DNA from: Eledone cirrhosa
Lineage: Eukaryota
DNA length: 64,000 nucleotides
Direction of reading: 5' to 3'
NCBI GenBank assembly: GCA_964016885.1
Contig: OZ024741.1
Coordinates: 298,530,001-298,594,000 of the forward strand
The notes below the pieces were generated by a model. It was not told the origin of the DNA, ran no database searches, and saw only the letters and a program-made list of their open reading frames with translations. How positions within the stretch are numbered: position 1 is the stretch's first letter; the number at the start of each line of letters is the position of its first letter. The translations under genes were made by a program, and so were the position numbers. This document shows positions 50,401 to 64,000 of this stretch, in pieces.

Positions 50401-53400
50401 TTTTCCTTCATTTTCATTTTTTCTTTCACTTCCCTTCATTTTCTTTTTCCCCTCCATTTTCCTCAATGTTCCTTCATTTTTCTCTATTTTCCTCCATTTT
50501 CCTTCATTTTCCTCCATTTCCTTCATTTCCTCCATTTCCTTCCTTTCATTTTCCTATATTTTCGCCATTTTCCTCCATCTTCCTCCATTTTCCTTAATTT
50601 GCCTTCTATTTCTTTCTCTATTTTCTGTATTACTTTTCTCAATTTTCGTTCCTTTATTTCCCTTCTATTTTCCTTCTGTTTCCTCTGTTTTCCTCTCTTT
50701 TCCTTTATTTTCATCCATCTTAATTTTCTACAATTTTCTTCCATGTTCCTTCAATTCCTCCATTTTCTCCATTTTCCTCTATTTGCCTTCAGTTTCCTCT
50801 ATTACTTCCATTTTCCTTCAATTTTCTCTATTTTCCTCTATTTTCCTTCATTTTCATTTGTTTTTCACCCTTTTCCTTCATTTTCCTCTATTTTCCTCCC
50901 TTTTCCTTCATTTTCCTCTATTTCATAATTTCCCTTCATTTCCTCCATTTTCCCCTATTTTCCTTCATTTCCCTCTATTTCCTTCAGTTTCCTCTGTTTT
51001 CCTCCGTTTTCTTTCATTTTCCTCCACCTTCCTTCATTTTTCTATATTTTCCTTCATTTTCCTTCATTTTCATTTTTTCTTTCACTTCCCTTCATTTTCT
51101 TTTTCTCCTCCATTTTCCTCAATGTTCCTTCATTTTTCTCTATTTTCCTCCATTTCCTTCATTTTCCTCCATTTCCTTCATTTCCTCCATTTCCTTCCTT
51201 TCATTTTCCTATATTTTCGCCATTTTCCTCCATCTTCCTCCATTTTCCTTAATTTGCCTTCTATTTCTTTCTCTATTTTCTGTATTACTTTTCTCAATTT
51301 TCGTTCCTTTATTTCCCTTCTATTTTCCTTCTGTTTCCTCTGTTTTCCTCCCTTTTCCTTCATTTTCCTCAATTTTCTTCCATTTTCCTTCAATTTCCTC
51401 CATATTCCCTCATTTCTCTCTATTCCCTTAATTTTCCTCTATTTTCCTTCAGTTTCATCTATTCCTCCATTTTCCTTCATTTTTCTTCTATTTTCCTTCA
51501 GTTTCCTCTATTTTCCTCTGTTTTCCTACCTTCTCCTTCATTTTACTCCATTTTCCTTCAATTTCCTGCATTTTTCCTCATTTCTCTCTATTTCCTTCAT
51601 TTCCTTCATTTTCCTCTATTTCCTCCATTATCCTTCATTTGCCTTTATTTTCCGTCATTTTCCTTTATTTTCCTTTATTTCCCTCAATTTCCCTCCATTT
51701 TCCTCCATTTTCCCATATTTCCTCCATTTTCCTTCATTTTCCTTCATTTTCCTCTATTTCTCCCATTTCCCTCCATTTTCTTTCACTTCCCTCGATTTTC
51801 TTTTTCCCTCCATTTTCTTCCCATTTTCCTCCATTTTCCTTAATTTCCCTCTATTTCTTTCTCTATTTTATCCCTTTTCCTTTATTTCCCTCCATCTTCC
51901 ATTTTCCTCTATTTTCCTTCAGTTTCCACTATTTTCTCCATTTTCCTCTATTTCGTCCATTTTCGTCCATTTTCGTCCATTTTTCTCCATTTTCTCCATT
52001 TTCCTTAATTTCCCTCTATTTCTTTTTCTATTTTCTGTATTTCTTTTTTCTACTCTCCTTCATTTTCCTCTATTTCCTTAAATTTCTTTTCTTTTCCTCT
52101 ATTTCTCTATTTCTTCCATTTTCTTTCATTTTACTCCATTTTCCTTAATTTCCCTCTATTTCTTTCTCTATTTTCTGTATTTCTTATCTCTATTTTCCTT
52201 CATTTTCCTTCATTGTACTCCATTTTCCCTCATTTCTCTCTATTTCCTTTCATTTCTCTCTATTTTCCTTCTATTTCCTTAATTTCCTTCCTTTCATTTT
52301 CCTATATTTTCGACATTTTCCTCCATTTTCCTCCATTTTCCTTAATTTGCCTTCTATTTCTTTCTCTATTTTCTGTATTACTTTTCTCAATTTTCGTTCC
52401 TTTATTTCCCTTCTATTTTCCTTCTGTTTCCTCTGTTTTCCTCCCTTTTCCTTCATTTTCCTCAATTTTCTTCCGTTTTCCTTCAATTTCCTCCATTTTC
52501 TTCCATTTTCCCTCATTTCTCTCTATTCCCTTAATGTTCATCTATTTTCCTTCAGTTTCATCTATTCCTCCATTTTCCTTCATTTTTCTTCTATTTTCCT
52601 TCAGTTTCCTCTATTTTCCTCTGTTTTCCTACCTTCTCCTTCATTTTACTCCATTTTCCTTCAATTTCCTGTATTTTCTTGCATTTCTCTTTATTTCCTT
52701 CATTCCTTCATTTTTCTCTATTTCCTCCATTATCCTTCATTTTCCGTCATTTTCCGTCATTTTCTTTTATTTTCCTTCATTTCCCTCAATTTTCCTCCAT
52801 TTTTCCATATTTCCTCCATTTTCCTCTATTTCTCCCATTTTCCTCCATTTTCTTTCACTTCCCTCGATTTTCTTTTTCCCCACCATTTTCCTCCATTTTC
52901 CTTAATTTCCCTCTATTTCTTTCTGTATTTTCCTCCCTTTTCCTTTATTTTCCTCCATCTTCCATTTTGCTCTATTTTCCTTCAGTTTCCACTATTTTCT
53001 CCATTTTCCTTCATTTCCCTCAATTTCCTTCATGTTCCTCCATTTTCCTCTATTTTCCTTCATTTTGCTCCATTTCCTCTATTTCCGTTCATTTTCCTAT
53101 ATTTCTTCCATTTTCTTTCATTTTACTCTATTTCCTTAATTTCCCTCTATTTCTTTCTCTATTTTCTGTATTTTTATCTCTATTTTCCTTCATTTTCCTT
53201 CATTTCTCTCTATTTCCTTTCATTTCTCTCTATTTTCTTTCTATTTCCTCAATTTCCTTCCTTTCATTTTCCTATATTTTCGCCATTTTCTTCCATTTTC
53301 TTCCATTTTCCTTAATTTGCCTTCTATTTCTTTCTCTATTTTCTGTATTACTTTTCTCAATTTTCGTTCCTTTATTTCCCTTCTATTTTCCTTCTGTTTC

Positions 53401-54940
53401 CTCTGTTTTCCTCCCTTTTCCTTCATTTTCCTCAATTTTCTTCCGTTTTCCTTCAATTTCCTCCATTTTCTTCCATTTTCCCTCATTTCTCTCTATTCCC
53501 TTAATGTTCATCTATTTTCCTTCAGTTTCATCTATTCCTCCATTTTCCTTCATTTATCTTCTATTTTCCTTCAGTTTCCTCTATTTTCATCTGTTTTCCT
53601 ACCTTCTCCTTCATTTTACTCCATTTTCCTTCAATTTCTTGCATTTACCCTCATTTCTCTTTATTTCCTTCATTTCCTTCATTTTTCTCTATTTCATCCA
53701 TTATCCTTCATTTTCCGTCATTTTCCGTCATTTTCTTTTATTTTCCTTCATTTCCCTCAATTTCCCTCCATTTTTCCATATTTCCTCCATTTTCCTCTAT
53801 TTCTCCCATTTTCCTCCATTTTCTTTCACTTCCTTCGATTTTCTTTTTTCCCTCCATTTTCCTCCATTTTCCTTAATTTCCCTCTATTTCTTTCTGTATT
53901 TTCCTCCCTTTTCCTTTATTTTCCTCCATCTTCCATTTTCCTCTATTTTCCTTCAGTTTCCACTATTTTCTCCATTTTCCTTCATTTTCCTCTATTTCGT
54001 CCATTTTCGTCCATTTTCGTCCATTTTTCTCCATTTTTCTCCATTTTCCTTAAGTTCCCTCTATTTCTTTCTCTATTTTCTGTATTTCTTTTTTCTACTC
54101 TCCTTCATTTTCATCTATTTCCTTAAATTCTTTTCTTTTCCTCTATTTCTCTATTTCTTCCATTTTCTTTCATTTTACTCCATTTTCCTTAATTTCCCTC
54201 TATTTCTTTCTCTATTTTCTGTATTTTTTATCTCTATTTTCCTTCATTTTCCTTCATTTCTCTCTATTTCCTTTCATTTCTCTCTATTTTCCTTCTATTT
54301 CCTCAATTTCCTTCCTTTCATTTTCCTATATTTTCGCCATTTTCCTCCATTTTCTTCCATTTTCCTTAATTTGCCTTCTATTTCTTTCTCTATTTTCTGT
54401 ATTACTTTTCTCAATTTTCCTTCCTTTATTTCCCTTCTATTTTCCTTCAGTTTCCTCTGTTTTCCTCCCTTTTCCTTCATTTTCCTCAATTTTCTTCCAT
54501 TTTCCTTCAATTTCCTCCATTTTCCTCCATTTTCCCTCATTTCTCTCTATTCCCTTAATTTTCCTCTATTTTCCTCCAGTTCCTTTCATTTTCCTCCATT
54601 TCCCTTCATTTTTCTTCTATTTTCCTTCAGTTTCCTCTATTTTCCTCTGTTTTCCTATCTTCTCCTTCATTTTACTCCATTTTCCTTCAATTTCCTGCAT
54701 TTTCCCTCATTTCTCTTTATTTCCTTCATTTCCTTCATTTTCCTCTATTTCCTCCATTATCCTTCATTTTCCTTTATTTTCCGTCATTTTCCTTTATTTT
54801 CCTTCATTTCCCTCAATTTCCCCCCATTTTCCTCCATTTCCCCCTATTTCCTCCATTTTCCTTCATTTTCCTCTATTTCCTCAATTACCTCCATTTTCCT
54901 CTATTCCCTCCATTTTTCTCCATTTTCCTCAAATTTCCTA
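47485..54940 (+). repeat. 7.5-kb pyrimidine-rich degenerate satellite (attttcctcc / attttccttc / tattttcctc) with higher-order duplications
   Basis: Plus strand almost lacks G; blocks recur at ~656-bp and ~970-1050-bp offsets. Confidence 0.95.
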
Positions 54941-55334
54941 CATTGCCATGAATGTAAACTACAATAATAAGCAACACCTTTTCTTAAAACTTTAATAAAA
55001 CATTTTTTCCCTGATCACAATTATATGGAAACATCTACTAATGTAGAATTGTTGCACTCGAACTAACAGCAAAGAACAATAGAAATATCACAAAAAAAGG
55101 TTAACAACTGGAATAAATTGAATAAAATGCAACTAGGCAGCAATTGCAACTATGATTCCGCATATGTATATTCAACCAATGCAAATTGTCTGAAAGAAAC
55201 AGTGATATACGTAACTTATGTTACATTAACTTTCAAACCAAATGGTTATGCTGGAATACACGCAAACAAATTAAAATCAACTTTACCAGCACAAATATAT
55301 CGTTTGAACGGTGAAAATTAAGGAAATTAGATTA

Positions 55335-55783
55335 ATAAAGCATCTAATGGGGTTCCTCCGAAGGCTGTTTGAAATAATGTTACTCGGTAGAGTTCATAGC
55401 TCGGAGATCGGAGAGTTACTCTAGGTAGAGCCACTACTTCTCCGATTTGAGAAATCACAGCTCCGACACTATAGGCATATGGTTAGAATGTCCCAGGAAA
55501 GAATTGCTGGACAGATTTTACGGACAAAACCAATCGGCAAGATAACCAAGGGTAGACTCCGAGAAAGATGGTTGGATAACATCCATGAGCTCGGCTGGTC
55601 TCGCTTGGGGATCCAGCCGGATCAGTTGGAGAGAGTTGCTTCTGACATTGAGAATCTTTGAGGACTCTGCTGCCACGACACACTCAAGAAGAAGCAGAAG
55701 AAGAAGAAGAAGAAGAAGAAGAAGAAGAAGAAGAAGAAGAAGAAGAAGAAGAAGAAGAAGAAGAAGAAGAAGAAGAAGAAGAA
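55335..55783 (+). mobile_element. RTE-like LINE 3' end with (AAG)n tail
   Basis: GHMVRMSQERIAGQILRTKPIGKITKGRLRERWLDNI resembles the RTE C-terminal GH..R / GRP..W motifs. Confidence 0.78.
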
Positions 55784-55857
55784 AACATACATGGTTTGAA
55801 GATTCGAAATGTACAGCCTTTTACTAAAGAGTGACCTTTAGAAAATGTCTTAACCCA

Positions 55858-55921
<64 letters not shown>

Positions 55922-56056
55922 CTTTGGGAGGGTCATGTTGCCAATAAGAAACACACGCACCAGTTGCTTTCACTTCAATTTATTATATATTTATAAATTT
56001 ATAAATTTATAAATTTCTGGTTGGTTGGTTCCACAACCAGATAGTTGTTTATATAT

Positions 56057-56101
56057 AGTCATAGTTCTTTCGTCACACACTCTGTGACCTCTTCAGTGAC
56101 T
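56057..56101 (-). ncRNA. Type I hammerhead ribozyme
   Basis: Reverse complement: AGUCA-CUGAAGA-G-GUCAC agagugu GUGAC-GAAA-GAAC-UA^UGACU. Confidence 0.82.
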
Positions 56102-56301
56102 GGGGATTCCTTTCTTTGTTTCTGTGCCTCTCCTTTGTTCTGTCCTACGCCATTTTGTTTCTGTGTGTGTGTTGTGTGCTCAGTCTGCGCATGCGCCACA
56201 TCCGGGTGTCTGTGTGTGTTTATGTTCATTTATTTATTTGTTTATTTACATGTTACTGGTTGGTTGTTTGTTCTATGTGTGTGTGTGTTTTCATTTTGTC
56301 C

Positions 56302-56815
56302 TTAATTGTAAGTTGTGATGTTGCTGTTCCACTCATATTTTCTATTTAATTTTGGTTGTAATTCTTTTATGTTTATTGCCTCTGTAATTTGTCTAAACAT
56401 TGCGTCTTTTCTGTGTGTAGATTCTATTTTTATTTCTATGTTCTCTAATTTACCCTTGTGTTCTATTTTAGCATGTTGGTAGAGTACAGATGATTCTTTA
56501 TTATCTTGAAGGTCTCGCCAGTGTTCATTTATCCGTTCCCCTACACTACGAGCTGTCTCACCTATGTACACTATATTTTTGTCTCTACATTGTCCTTCAG
56601 TACATCTTATGCTATACACTACATTTCTAGTTTTACAGTTAATATGGGGGCTTATTTTACAGGTTATACATTTCTTATCTATACATGAGGGTCTTTGAAA
56701 AGGGTATGTCTTGCTAATAAGTGTTTTTACGGAGGTACCTGGTCTTTCTACTATCTTAATATTGAGTTTATGTTTATTTACGGCCCTTCTAAATTTGTAA
56801 GCTAATTCACCTCTA
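56302..56815 (-). pseudogene. PLE GIY-YIG endonuclease C-terminal fragment
   Basis: CIDKKCITC..CKTRNVVYSIRC..C..YIGETARSVGERINEH..H..EAINI..PKLN. Confidence 0.9.
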
Positions 56816-57444
56816 TATATCATCATCACCGTTTAACGTCTAGTCTCTATACCTGCCTATATATATATATATATGTAGGTGTATGTGGTGTGTGTGTATG
56901 TGTGTGTATAAATGTATGTATGTATATATATAGTTCTGAATGTGTGTGTGTATGTGCGCGCGCAGGTATTTCTCTCTCTATATATATATCCACGCATACA
57001 TCCACGCATCCTTTGATTAAAGAAAATATATCCTCTCAAAGTACTATGTATAATATTACATTACCCAATACATTTGCTAAACTTTAATGTAACAGAATCT
57101 CAAAAACAAGAAAATAGTGAAACACTAATGAATGCATACATATTCTCTGTTCATCCCTCTAAACATCTCTACATCCAAAAAATGTTGCGTCTGAATCTCT
57201 CCTGATAGCTGACTCTTTCTGCCTCACCCACGCATATTTCCTTTCCACCTTCTCTCCATTTCTGTTTTCTCTCTATCTCTTTCTTTAATCATTTTATTTC
57301 TTCTCCCCTGTATGCCATGACATATTTGAATGTGAGTCAATAATCCAAATTCTTTATTATAACCATAAATATAAAAATACAATTTCCTTCACATCGATAA
57401 AAAGGTTTACACACGCACGCACACACATATATGTATATATATAA

Positions 57445-57531
<87 letters not shown>

Positions 57532-57590
57532 CGTATATGTCTATGTATGTATATATGTATGTATGTATGCATGTATGTATGTATATATAA

Positions 57591-57658
<68 letters not shown>

Positions 57659-58819
57659 GTATGTATGCATATGTGTATGTTTACATAAGTATATAAAGTG
57701 AACATGTGGTTTTGTAAATTGCAAATTGTAAGTTGTAAAAGCGTCGACATGTTCTTTAATGGAATCTACTTGCATTTGTTGGATAAGCTTTCAAGCGATC
57801 ACAATAACACTGACTACCCACGCCATCCACTTTCTACAATAAACCACAAACTTCAAATAGTCAATATTGAGTAGAAATCTAAAGTTAACTCCAATCGACC
57901 GTTATAGAAGATATGTCAAGCTGTGATCAAGTAATACCTGTTCTGTCAATGATCTCCAATTGAAGAATGATGTAAATTATCTTGTAGCTATTTCTTTACC
58001 TTCATTGTTTTCTTTGTTAATTGTTGATTTTAGTGTGAGCTTTTTTTATAGTTTTATAAATTTATTTATTTATTTAATTCTTTAAAATCAATAAATTTAA
58101 TAATCAGATCTATTTCGTTCACTTAATTGGTGCTCGCTTTAGATAATAAACGAAAAGAACTTCGTTTTATAGTTCACTGTCATAGTCACTTCAGCTGACA
58201 ATAAATATTCCCTTAACACGAAATTGAATTCAGTTTTTTAAATACATGTATTATAACTACGTATTTTTTTTTAAATTTTGTATGTCAAATTCTTTTGCAT
58301 ATCTGTATTTGTATGCGACAGTGTTATCCTACGTCACCTTTACATTAAGAACACATTTGCTATAACCGTTCACATTCAGTTGCTGTTTTTTTATGTTATT
58401 AATACAAGTATGAAGTGGAAGAAAAGTAAAACTGATCTTGAACTAAAAACTTCATTTCAGAAACGTGAGACGCACGATTAAATACAATAACACATCTGAT
58501 ACATTATTTTCATCTTTTGCAATATACTGAAGCAGAACTAAAGCAATAATAATATCAAATATGATTATAAGTATTTTTTTTCCAGAACAAATTTTTTTTG
58601 TAGTTTCTTAATAATGACATTTCAGTCAGCTTATTGCCTCTGTCGTCAATCTCAAACAAGAATATCATATTAATAGATCCGGACTGGATTTGAACTAACA
58701 ACCTAGCGCACCAGAGTCAGTAAGAGTGGTAATATCCTTAGTTTAGAAATAAAGGCCCTTTCTTCCACCTGAGTCATGTATTATTTACACACCCAAGAGG
58801 AATAAAACACCTACACGAT

Positions 58820-58926
<107 letters not shown>

Positions 58927-59073
58927 TATAAAATAATACAGCCAATTTTCCACACAATAAAATATAGTTAGCATTCCAAACGTTTAATTGGGAATATACT
59001 CCGGTATTTCCTAATGTTTGTTGAGTGAGTTGGAAATTGGTCGGGGTATCGCTAATAGCTTTCTCCGTTTATG

Positions 59074-59142
<69 letters not shown>

Positions 59143-59239
59143 GTAATAATAAATGTGAAGACTAAAATCCAAAGAGGGCTCGATAAGGATAATATATATA
59201 TAAATATAAGGATAATATATATATAAAACCCTAGAGCAA

Positions 59240-59388
59240 ATATTTATTAAAATAACAGATTAAAGTTTAAGCAAAGAATCGCTGCTTTCGCCCTTAACGG
59301 GATCAGAAGATCAGTTTCAGAAGATCCCGTTAAGGGTGAACGCAGCGATTCTTTGCTTAAACTTTAATCTGTTATTTTAATAAATAGA
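59240..59388. repeat. Inverted repeat of the 38074 HHR-like family
   Basis: tttattaaaataacagattaaagtttaagcaaagaatcgctgc and its reverse complement. Confidence 0.85.
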
Positions 59389-59394
59389 TATGTA

Positions 59395-59825
59395 CAGTGG
59401 AGCACTAGCCAGGTTGCTAGGTTGCCCAATGGCAAGTGGGCCCCAGAGGGCCCACGGTAGCATTGCAAGAGCCCACAGTAGCTCTTCAGGGCCCACTGTA
59501 GTATTTTAGGGGCCAATGTTTTAGTTTTAAAAAATACCTGAAATCTAAGAGAAAGAATAAAATAAAAAAAAATAAATAAAAGAATTAAGCAAAGCATTTG
59601 GTCAACCAATTCCCCAGGGAATTAATAGAAACCCAAATATACGATAGTGCAAACAGCTGGAATCAGTGGTTGTACATTCTACTAAATTTAAAGCTTAGTG
59701 TAATCATTCATGCATGCACGCATACATATATAGACACAGACACACAAGCATATATATATATATATATATATTTATATACTTACACACGAACTACTGAAGG
59801 TGGTGTATATATATAAATGTAGTTA

Positions 59826-59886
<61 letters not shown>

Positions 59887-60109
59887 TGAGTGTGAAAGAC
59901 CAAAGGTCATTGAGAGTCTCTGGATTTCCCAAAATACATAATATTTTTTATTGGAGAAGGTAAGATATTTTTCCGCAAAAATTTATTTATTTCCACTTAT
60001 GTATTTTTTGAAAATGTTACTTATTCATTATAAAAATTAAATGATAGGATTCTATATGTAGGTGGGCCCCCTTCATCTGGCAACCAATATTTATAGACCT
60101 AGTCCGCCA

Positions 60110-60112
<3 letters not shown>
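59395..60112. mobile_element. MITE-like element with short imperfect TIRs, flanked by TA
   Basis: ta-cagtggagcactag ... ctagtccgccactg-ta; subterminal gggcccc motifs at both ends. Confidence 0.6.
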
Positions 60113-60150
<38 letters not shown>

Positions 60151-60476
60151 TACAGAAGGATTTAAATGGATACAGTTCAGTAAAAGGAATTTATTGACAC
60201 GTGAAGTTCCTTTTACTGAACTGTATCCATTTAAATCCTTCTATTTTCTCCGGATTACTTTTGAAACTACAACTGGAACCGTCGAGCAAACCCGACGTGA
60301 GCTGTCCATCTACTGTGTGTATTATTCATATTACAACACTACGGAAAATACTATATATAAATTTATTATATATATATATACAAGTGGAAGCTTAGTAAAA
60401 TCGAAGCTTTGGCTGTGGGCAAGCAAAGTCGACCTACAATATGAATGAGTTAGCAAAGCACTCAATAAGGGTAGGT

Positions 60477-60556
<80 letters not shown>

Positions 60557-60579
60557 GTATAAAAATCAATACAATATAA

Positions 60580-60655
60580 TTACCTCATTACCAGAGGTTT
60601 CCCGAATGAGGCGAATACGAAAGAAACGTCTTCATTCGTTCGTCAGACGAGGCAA
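60580..60655 (-). ncRNA. Type I hammerhead ribozyme with long stems
   Basis: Reverse complement: UUGCCUCGU-CUGACGA-A-CGAAUGA..UCAUUCG-G-GAAA-CC ucu GG-UA^AUGAGGUAA. Confidence 0.85.
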
Positions 60656-61189
60656 TATAAAACATGGCTAAATACTTGGAAAGTCTCATCAAGAAAAGCA
60701 AAAAAAAAAATTATATAAATATAGACAAATGAATTACAATAGCCATATGAAATATATAAAAATCTTTCAAGAAATATAGTTAGGTGTGTGTATATGTATG
60801 TATATACGCTCACAGATGTGTACGCGTGTACCTTGTTTGTCTTCTTTTCTTTAATTTTTTCTTTCTAAATTATTGTTCCATTTTTATAAATATATCGAGA
60901 ATGATACTTTCTTTTAATTATTACACTCCCTTACCTCTTTTACTTCCGCATATAAGTGTACGTGCGTGTGGGTGTGTTTATACGCGTGCCTTCATATTCT
61001 TATAATGTATCCAATACCCTATTTTTCTGTGTACCTGCCAAACAGAAAACCACATCATGTCTGTCTGTAGTTACAGATACACAGATACACTAACACATAT
61101 ATTTACGCACACTTTTTCACTATACGTACACATTTGTACATACACATATATGTACATCTGTGAGCGTATATACATATGGAACATGTTAT

Positions 61190-63300
61190 ACTTGTGGAAC
61201 ATGTTGTAGATAGTCAATAGCTTCCTTGTCTTCCTATCCATTTCTTTTTGTTCAGCAATATTCCATTTCAGAATTCCCGCACCGTACCTAATAATAGACA
61301 CAGCTTGGGAATTCACTGCACTTATGAAATACCTACTATTTAGATGTGACTTTAATACGTCAGGGGTATCAGGGCAAGGGCAAACAGCAGAGGGGACAAA
61401 CTATCTTCCTGGAAGATACCTCTCTTGATCTTCACGCCTCCCAAGGATTCTCCACCCGATGTTAACTCTGTTTCCCAGGACTTCATACTTTTGCTCAACA
61501 ACTGTCTGATGTTATCTGCCACCTTGAAGATCTCCAGGCTTTTGGTTATCCAAGAATGAGGTACCATGTCGAATGCCTTTTTGTAATCTATCCATCCCAT
61601 GGCAATACCAGTGTGTCTCCTCTTGCAATTCCTCATTACCATCTTATCAATAAGTACTGGTCTTTTGTACCACGGGACTTCTTTCGGCATCCTTTCTGTT
61701 CGTCCGGTAACAAGTTGTTTATGTGGAGGTGATGGTGAATTTCCTCAGACACAATGTTTGTTAACAGTTTCCACATTACGGACAGCCATGTGATAGGTCT
61801 ATAGTTGGTAACATCATTACCCTTGATTCGGTCTTTCATTACCAGAACTGTGGTACCTTTTGTCAACCACTCTGGTACCTCACCTGACATCAAGCAGTCT
61901 TTGAACATGGTTGTCAGTTTCGGCTGGAGGGATGTTATATTTTTAATCCAATACCCCTGCACACCATCTGGGCCTGGTGATTTCCAGTTGGTTAGTTTTT
62001 TGGCCTGCCCCTTAACAGTTTCAACTGTGATACTCAAATCAGTTTGGTGGTGTGCCTGTTCACTAATCTCCTTTTGTACTGTCTCAATCCACACTGCCTG
62101 GTCATTATGTTTAACATTCTGCTCCCATATTCCTCTCCAGAATGTCTTAGTTTGTTCCGCCCCAGGAATCAAGTCGTTGCCTCTTTCTTTCCCTTCAAGC
62201 TGTTCAAACAACATCTTCTGGTTGTTGTCAAACATGCGGTTCTGTCTATACCGACTGACTCTGCTCTCGTATCGCCTAATTTTTGCACTCTTTGCTACAA
62301 TGCGTTGCTTCAGTTCCTCTATGATAATATTTAGCTTTTTCCTCATAGTTTTGTATTTTATTTCCAGTCTATTTTTAGTGTCTATGTCTTTTTAGTGTCC
62401 CATTCAGTAGGGACTCAAGCTTTCCAATGTCATTTCTCATTTCCCTGATTTGACTATTCAGTCGTTTCTTCCACCAAGATTCTGATCTTTCTTGTTTTTT
62501 GTTTCCTCTCGCTTTTATGCCAAGTAATTTCCTCACCGCATTTGCTTTTGCTTTGAGGATATTGTTGCACTGGTGAAGGCTCCTCGCCTCAAGGTATGGG
62601 ATGACTTTGTTTACCTTAGCTGTTGTTTCTTTTAACTTTTTCCTGCCTACAAATCTTAGGTTCATAGGTTTCCCACTATCATTGTTCATTTCATCTACCA
62701 CTAAGTTTAGGATATCAACCAAATCTTGTCCTAGCCCGTCAGCATTCATCTCCCCAATGGCCGTATCTCTGTTCCAGATATTATTTATTTCAGCATTCAG
62801 ATCATTGTCTGATTCGGATGATTACTCCGTTCTCTCAACCTCTTCACCTTCATTTCCCACTGGCTCGTTTGCCTGGCATACTCCACTCTCCATTTCCAAC
62901 CTAATCTCTCTGCTCAGTTCCTCCAGTTCCAGCTCGCTTATCCATCCATTAGTTCTTATTACCCGAGCCTGCCCGGCCAATTTTTGTTCATCGAATTTAA
63001 ATAGACCAATCTCGTTCCAGATGTTATGCATCCGTTTCCTATAGCCTTTTTCCTTGGGGTTACTCTTCAGGTAACATTGCATAACAGTTCTATTCAATTC
63101 TTTCGTCCAGTTTGTTCTGGTCCCTTTCCTTCTTCTTCTTCCTCCGACACCAGCAGTATTTGGTTGACAGCCAGGTCCCTGCTGCTGAGCCAGGGAGCAC
63201 CTGCTAGGTGAGAGTCTGTCACATGACATTCCAGTCTCCACTTCACCGTTATTTGAACTGTTTAGGTTCGACATTTAAACACTCTTATCGAGGATTGGTG
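61190..63300 (-). mobile_element. Dong/R4-like (RLE-type) non-LTR retrotransposon remnant, frameshifted and internally deleted
   Basis: WTKELNRTVMQCY, QNRMF, NWKSPGPDGVQGYWIK, YRPITWL, EQKGC, WIDYKKAFDMVPHSWI, GIFQEDSLSPLLF, IIRYGAGILKW..MDRKTRKLLT. Confidence 0.85.
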
Positions 63301-63562
63301 AATGTATGGTTACATAACCACCGGTGATTTCATCACCTCCGGTGATTTGATCACCCTCGGTGATTTTAGCGTGGCATTATCACGCTGTAGACGAACATAA
63401 ATAAACAAACAAATAGGTAACCCCCCCCCCCCAAAAAAAAAAAATAAGCATAAGTTTCATTGTAATGTAATGTTTGAATGTCTGACTTAGTTTTTTTGCT
63501 TGTCTGTCTGTCCGTTTGTTTTACTTTTCTTTTTTCTTTTCTTTACGTTTTTCGTTGTATTA

Positions 63563-63640
63563 TTATCCTTACGGGGTCGATAAAATAAAGTACCAGTAAT
63601 GCACTGGGTAATTGCTGGCCTTGTGCTAAAAGTAGAAACA

Positions 63641-63685
<45 letters not shown>

Positions 63686-63700
63686 TTATTATTATTTCAT
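63563..63700 (+). mobile_element. SINE 3' half with (ATT)n tail
   Basis: atccttacggggtcgataaaataaagtaccagtaat...agtagaaacaatt. Confidence 0.8.
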
Positions 63701-64000
63701 TTTGTTGCTTTATGTTCATACGAGTTATCTCCAAGTCACAACCAGTGACCTCAAGAGACAACAAGGTCCGTCATGTTCAAGAAAGAACACATACACACAC
63801 ACATGCATCTTTAGGTGTTTAGACTTGTGATGTACTTATATTGACAGAATCTTCCTTAGTATATGGGCAGTTCCCATTAGTACTATCTTTTGTATTTCTT
63901 CTATACGCGAGTTTCCTGGGATTTGGGATAAGTAATCATTAGATCCCTTAGGTATCATTCCCAGAGCGCCTACAACCACTGGTATTGTTTTAGTTCTCAA

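Larger units (their letters stand above)
55919..56815 (-). mobile_element. 5'-truncated Penelope-like element (GIY-YIG end plus HHR-bearing 3' region)
   Basis: GIY-YIG ORF followed by an HHR; terminus matches the 6325-6837 palindrome. Confidence 0.88.

Noticed and set aside
48302-54967. Long Phe/Ser/Leu-rich ORFs up to 762 aa
   Set aside because: Stop codons are rare in a G-poor pyrimidine satellite; no coding signal

Overview
Gene-free, repeat-saturated animal genomic DNA. The SINE families, microsatellites and AT-richness suggest an octopus/cephalopod genome (inference). No host protein-coding exon could be supported; most short ORFs in the track are translated microsatellites. Recognisable elements are two decayed Tx1/L1-clade LINEs, a Dong/R4-like LINE remnant, RTE-like fragments, two Penelope-like element (PLE) remnants, tRNA-derived SINEs, several MITEs, GA- and GT-rich minisatellites and a 7.5-kb pyrimidine-rich satellite. 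The main unexplained signal is a dense set of type I hammerhead-ribozyme (HHR) motifs, roughly ten different sequence families read by eye. They sit in short non-coding cassettes that are tandemly repeated and/or folded back as inverted repeats, usually next to (AT)n tracts. The clearest is a 476-bp tandem array with one HHR per unit plus a terminal inverted unit (2773-4875), a retrozyme-like or PLE pseudo-LTR architecture. Coordinates are hand-read and may be off by a few bases.
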